The notes beneath the pieces are model-generated. The model saw only the letters and a list, made by a program, of their open reading frames with translations, did not search any database and was not told the origin of the DNA. Source: Pseudomonas phage 201phi2-1. Taken from it: a stretch of DNA of 32,000 nucleotides. The translations under genes were made by a program, and so were the position numbers. The DNA is taken from sequence record NC_010821.1, one strand, 5' to 3'. Below, piece by piece: positions 29,030 through 32,000 of this stretch. Positions within the stretch are counted from its first letter, which is position 1. Each line of letters starts with the position of its first letter.

Positions 29030-29437
29030 ATGTCCCGTATTAAAGAAATCCAGCCCACGCCAGTAAAGCACATTACATTAATCTGTCGTACTGAGCGGGT
29101 AGCTAATGCAGTGCGTAAGCCATGGTACGCCATCACCGATAAAGGTGAGTTTCCTATTAAAGCAGGTGGTGAACCGGATAACCTAGATGTCCTAGTACGT
29201 CCATTTTATCGGTTTACTAATGATCGCCCAGAAGGGCAGAATATCTGTGTGATCGGCGTCTATGCCGGCATACCTGGTTATCGTTGGGATATTGAGATCA
29301 GTGAGTCTATGGATATCCTGTCCATCTGTGATTCTGTGAGTGGTGACGAGATGGACGCTATTACGATTCCATTGGATCATCCAGCATTAGCCCTGTTTCG
29401 TATTGAGTGTCCATTGAATTACGTTTTCGACAAATAA
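29030..29437 (+). CDS. hypothetical protein; may be the distal part of the 28274 frame
   Basis: 135-aa ORF, same frame as 28274..28807. Confidence 0.65.
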   Translation: MSRIKEIQPTPVKHITLICRTERVANAVRKPWYAITDKGEFPIKAGGEPDNLDVLVRPFYRFTNDRPEGQNICVIGVYAGIPGYRWDIEISESMDILSICDSVSGDEMDAITIPLDHPALALFRIECPLNYVFDK

Positions 29438-29495
29438 CCGAAATAGTACTAGGGTCTATTATTTATAGGTCTTAGTGCTATTAATGAGGGGCTTT

Positions 29496-29687
29496 ATGCG
29501 TAAACCTACAACGCACCGTACCCGTCGTGGCAAATTGGTTGAGATTCCAGAACAGTGGCGTGGCCAAGTTCCTTCTAACCAAACTATGCTTCAGCGGAAA
29601 GCAGCTCGCATTGAAGTGCGGTCACGTAAGAAACGTAAGTTGCGTACTGAAAGTAAATTCCATTGGGATTCACAGGTAGATGATTAG
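29496..29687 (+). CDS. small basic protein, 63 aa
   Basis: MRKPTTHRTRRGKLVEIPEQWRGQ..., with GAGGGG SD. Confidence 0.65.
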   Translation: MRKPTTHRTRRGKLVEIPEQWRGQVPSNQTMLQRKAARIEVRSRKKRKLRTESKFHWDSQVDD

Positions 29688-30033
29688 AATGTACGAAGAC
29701 TTCACAATCCGTAAAGCTGAGAAAGGTTGGCAACTGGAAACCTATTCCGGTAACTACCCTATTACTGTAAAGTTGGTTGGCAACGGCTGGTCTGTTCCGA
29801 ACATCTGGTCTGATGGACCAGCTCGTCTTTCTTATGATCTGGTATTCGAAGCCTATGCTGTTGAATACACCGTTAATGTTGATACGGAAGATCAAACCGT
29901 CAACTATGTTACAGTCGATGGAAAGGAAGTTAGTAGTATCAAAGTTGGCTCCAACTACCCAGTGACCCAATTGTTCCATGTCACTACACCTGATGGAGTA
30001 GTGCCAATTCGGGAACGAGTTAGTAGACTGTAA
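29680..30033 (+). CDS. hypothetical protein
   Basis: 117-aa ORF. Confidence 0.7.
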   Translation: MIRMYEDFTIRKAEKGWQLETYSGNYPITVKLVGNGWSVPNIWSDGPARLSYDLVFEAYAVEYTVNVDTEDQTVNYVTVDGKEVSSIKVGSNYPVTQLFHVTTPDGVVPIRERVSRL

Positions 30034-30041
30034 TTCAGATC

Positions 30042-30058
30042 TATATTACTGAGGTGTA
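30042..30058 (+). promoter_or_regulatory. phiKZ-type early promoter-like element TATATTACTGAGGTGTA
   Basis: Intergenic, matches consensus; immediately followed by an ORF at 30061. Confidence 0.7.
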
Positions 30059-30060
30059 AC

Positions 30061-30216
30061 ATGGTTCGTACTGAAAAGACTATTGACGAGTTGTTAGCGT
30101 ATATCAGTTTGAATAGACCTGAACGCGGATATGACATCATGTCAGTTGACGGAAAGGTCATTCATGTAATCGGCACCACCGCAAGAATAGTGGTGTCAGA
30201 AAATAGAAAGGGGTAG
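30061..30216 (+). CDS. hypothetical 51-aa protein (MVRTEKTIDELLAYISLNRPERGYDIMSVDGKVIHVIGTTARIVVSENRKG)
   Basis: Below track cutoff; starts 2 nt after the promoter-like element, so possibly leaderless or the motif lies within its leader. Confidence 0.5.
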   Translation: MVRTEKTIDELLAYISLNRPERGYDIMSVDGKVIHVIGTTARIVVSENRKG

Positions 30217-30219
30217 TCT

Positions 30220-30831
30220 ATGCAATATCAAGCCCATGGCGTGGACCTTATGGACATCGCCTGCGGCGGTTTTCTGGATTCTCAAACCACTAACTGGTTG
30301 AACCAACGAAGTGAAGCTCTGATGTCTTCTGTCAGTAGCACTACGCAAAACTGGTTTAACAAAGCGCGGACGTTCTATACCACGATCTCTGAATCGGATG
30401 CAATCCAAGCTCTACGTAATATCAGTGTTAAGACTGACGTGAGCTGGAAAAGTAATAGCATCTATTTCTGTAACAGTATCGAGCAGGTTCAAACAGCGAA
30501 CCCAATCATGCAACGTTACATCATGGCTGAACCGCGCCTGCGTGACATGTATCTGAATCAATCCGTTGAAGGCTATGCTGGTAGTTATGAGAACTATCAT
30601 GGTGATGCGCTGGGCGTAGGACACTATGATTATCGTCGAGTAACTGATGGCATTGTGATGGTTCATGATGATCACGCAATCGTGAATGAGTTCTATGAAC
30701 TGATTCCAGATACCGACAAAGAACTGGACATCTTCCAGAAGGCCGACATCATCCGTACTTGGAACATGGTTAACCGTGCTCTTGATGCAGGTGAGATGGA
30801 CCCAACTAGTCCAATTGGTAACTTGTTGTAA
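30220..30831 (+). CDS. hypothetical protein, 203 aa
   Basis: ORF ending just before a terminator. Confidence 0.8.
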   Translation: MQYQAHGVDLMDIACGGFLDSQTTNWLNQRSEALMSSVSSTTQNWFNKARTFYTTISESDAIQALRNISVKTDVSWKSNSIYFCNSIEQVQTANPIMQRYIMAEPRLRDMYLNQSVEGYAGSYENYHGDALGVGHYDYRRVTDGIVMVHDDHAIVNEFYELIPDTDKELDIFQKADIIRTWNMVNRALDAGEMDPTSPIGNLL

Positions 30832-30838
30832 ACCCCAT

Positions 30839-30864
30839 AAAGCCTCTCCACACGGAGAGGCTTT
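30839..30864 (+). terminator. terminator aaagcctctcc-acac-ggagaggcttt
   Basis: Perfect 11-bp stem. Confidence 0.9.
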
Positions 30865-30879
30865 TATACCGAGGTAGAC

Positions 30880-31254
30880 ATGAAAGTATATTTCTCAAAA
30901 CTTGATAACGGTGATTGGATTTGTTATGATGCATTGAACACCACCGGTGATCTCTTCGTAGACCCTACCAAGATCAAGCTACTCCAAGAGAAGCTTGGTC
31001 GAGTGTACGATACCGCTATTCAGAATTCTGTTAACCAACTGATCGAATTTACGATGAGTGTCGATATTCCACATTTCGGTCAGATACACGTTAACTGCGA
31101 GCTGTGGTTTCATAATAATCGAATTTGTAATTTGAAGTTCATAAATGAGCCTGGTGAAGAACCTATTGGTGAATTCCACAAACAGTTCGTTCTTGAGCTG
31201 GATGGATTACCGGCTTTCGATCTTTACCCATATCCAGAGGCTGAAGAAAAGTGA
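30880..31254 (+). CDS. hypothetical protein
   Basis: 124-aa ORF, GAGG SD. Confidence 0.7.
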   Translation: MKVYFSKLDNGDWICYDALNTTGDLFVDPTKIKLLQEKLGRVYDTAIQNSVNQLIEFTMSVDIPHFGQIHVNCELWFHNNRICNLKFINEPGEEPIGEFHKQFVLELDGLPAFDLYPYPEAEEK

Positions 31255-31721
31255 CTGATACTAATCCACTCACAGAACTAAGAGCAAAGCATCCTGGCGC
31301 CGGTACCAAAAGTGATGGTTGGCTTATGAATGCGCTTAAATTAACAACTGATGCCGGTGGTCGAGACTACTTCAATCAGTGGGTTGATGAGAAACCCAAA
31401 TCCAACAGTAAGCTACCTAAGATCCCGTACTCGTTCTACTATGACGAGAAATACCACTGGATCATGAAAGACCAATCCGGTCAAGATCGTGTGGTAGATC
31501 CTAGTCTGTGGGCGAAGATGTTAGGTCGTGAAGAAATGATCGATGGGCTACACTTCCTTGGTACTACTGTTGTGGATCAGTTCTATGGCGAGATGCGCCT
31601 GTGTCTTGAACTACGTTGGAAAGGCAATCGTGTAACTGAAGTACGCCTGTGTGCACCAGATGGCGATGTGATTAAAAGCAATCTGAATCAGTTCCACACG
31701 TCGTTCGACGAAGCGTTGTAA
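31251..31721 (+). CDS. hypothetical protein
   Basis: 156-aa ORF with overlap to previous. Confidence 0.7.
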   Translation: MTDTNPLTELRAKHPGAGTKSDGWLMNALKLTTDAGGRDYFNQWVDEKPKSNSKLPKIPYSFYYDEKYHWIMKDQSGQDRVVDPSLWAKMLGREEMIDGLHFLGTTVVDQFYGEMRLCLELRWKGNRVTEVRLCAPDGDVIKSNLNQFHTSFDEAL

Positions 31722-31739
31722 TCAGCATAATCTTGTGTA

Positions 31740-31759
31740 GTGGAACCTTCGGGTTCCAC
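31740..31759 (+). terminator. terminator gtggaacc-ttcg-ggttccac, T-rich downstream
   Basis: Perfect 8-bp stem, TTCG loop; ttttctttttt follows. Confidence 0.9.
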
Positions 31760-31792
31760 ATCACTTGCTTTTCTTTTTTGAGGATTTTCCAG

Positions 31793-32000
31793 ATGGCATC
31801 ATACGGAAAGTATAGAAGTGTTAATATACTGGCTCACTTCGCTGACGTTGTAGCGGAGCATGGACCATTTGATCCCAACGAGCGTGTCCAAGTGATACTT
31901 AGTCGGGATGGTCGATACACGATCGGTGGCGCTGATGCTTTCGACGAGAACGGATTCCCTAAGTACTACTTAGATCTTAGGAAATACTTGGTTAATACAA
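31793..32000 (+). CDS. hypothetical protein, 3'-truncated at window edge
   Basis: MASYGKYRSVNILAHFADVVAEHGPFDPNERVQVILSRDGRYTIGGADAFDENGFPKYY..., open to the window end. Confidence 0.6.
   Translation, partial: MASYGKYRSVNILAHFADVVAEHGPFDPNERVQVILSRDGRYTIGGADAFDENGFPKYYLDLRKYLVNT

Overview
This 32 kb window is tightly packed, plus-strand-dominant phage DNA. Its content matches a phiKZ-like, nucleus-forming Pseudomonas-type jumbo phage. Four anchors can be read from sequence: (1) a PhuZ-like phage tubulin (1884..2831, GGGSGS motif); (2) the motif B/motif C half of a family B DNA polymerase (12998..15145, NNNSYSGA and DTDST); (3) a 631-aa protein in its own transcription unit (23606..25501), very probably the phage nucleus shell protein ChmA/chimallin; (4) the catalytic N-terminal part of a split RNA polymerase beta' (26376..27839, CxC..CxxCG, LNFTGRGVI, NADFDGD). 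A dual-specificity phosphatase (HCAAGVSRS) is also recognisable. Most other ORFs are short, overlapping and of unknown function. Nine UUCG-type (or similar) hairpin terminators and six copies of a promoter-like element (TATATTACTNNNGTGWA and a TATATCATG variant) divide the window into units. Best leads: the extended promoter consensus; an otherwise continuous frame at 28274..29437 broken by one TGA; a tandem array of diverged small paralogues (19110..20656); two further tandem duplications (15529..15919, 5745..6234); the isolated early-type membrane-protein unit at 12524..12938; a hairpin-rich 3' region after the chmA-like gene; and a 23-aa Cys-rich micro-ORF just before the RNAP beta' gene. 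No tRNA, CRISPR array, IS element or defence island was recognised. No database search was run; homology calls rest on recalled family motifs, size and synteny.
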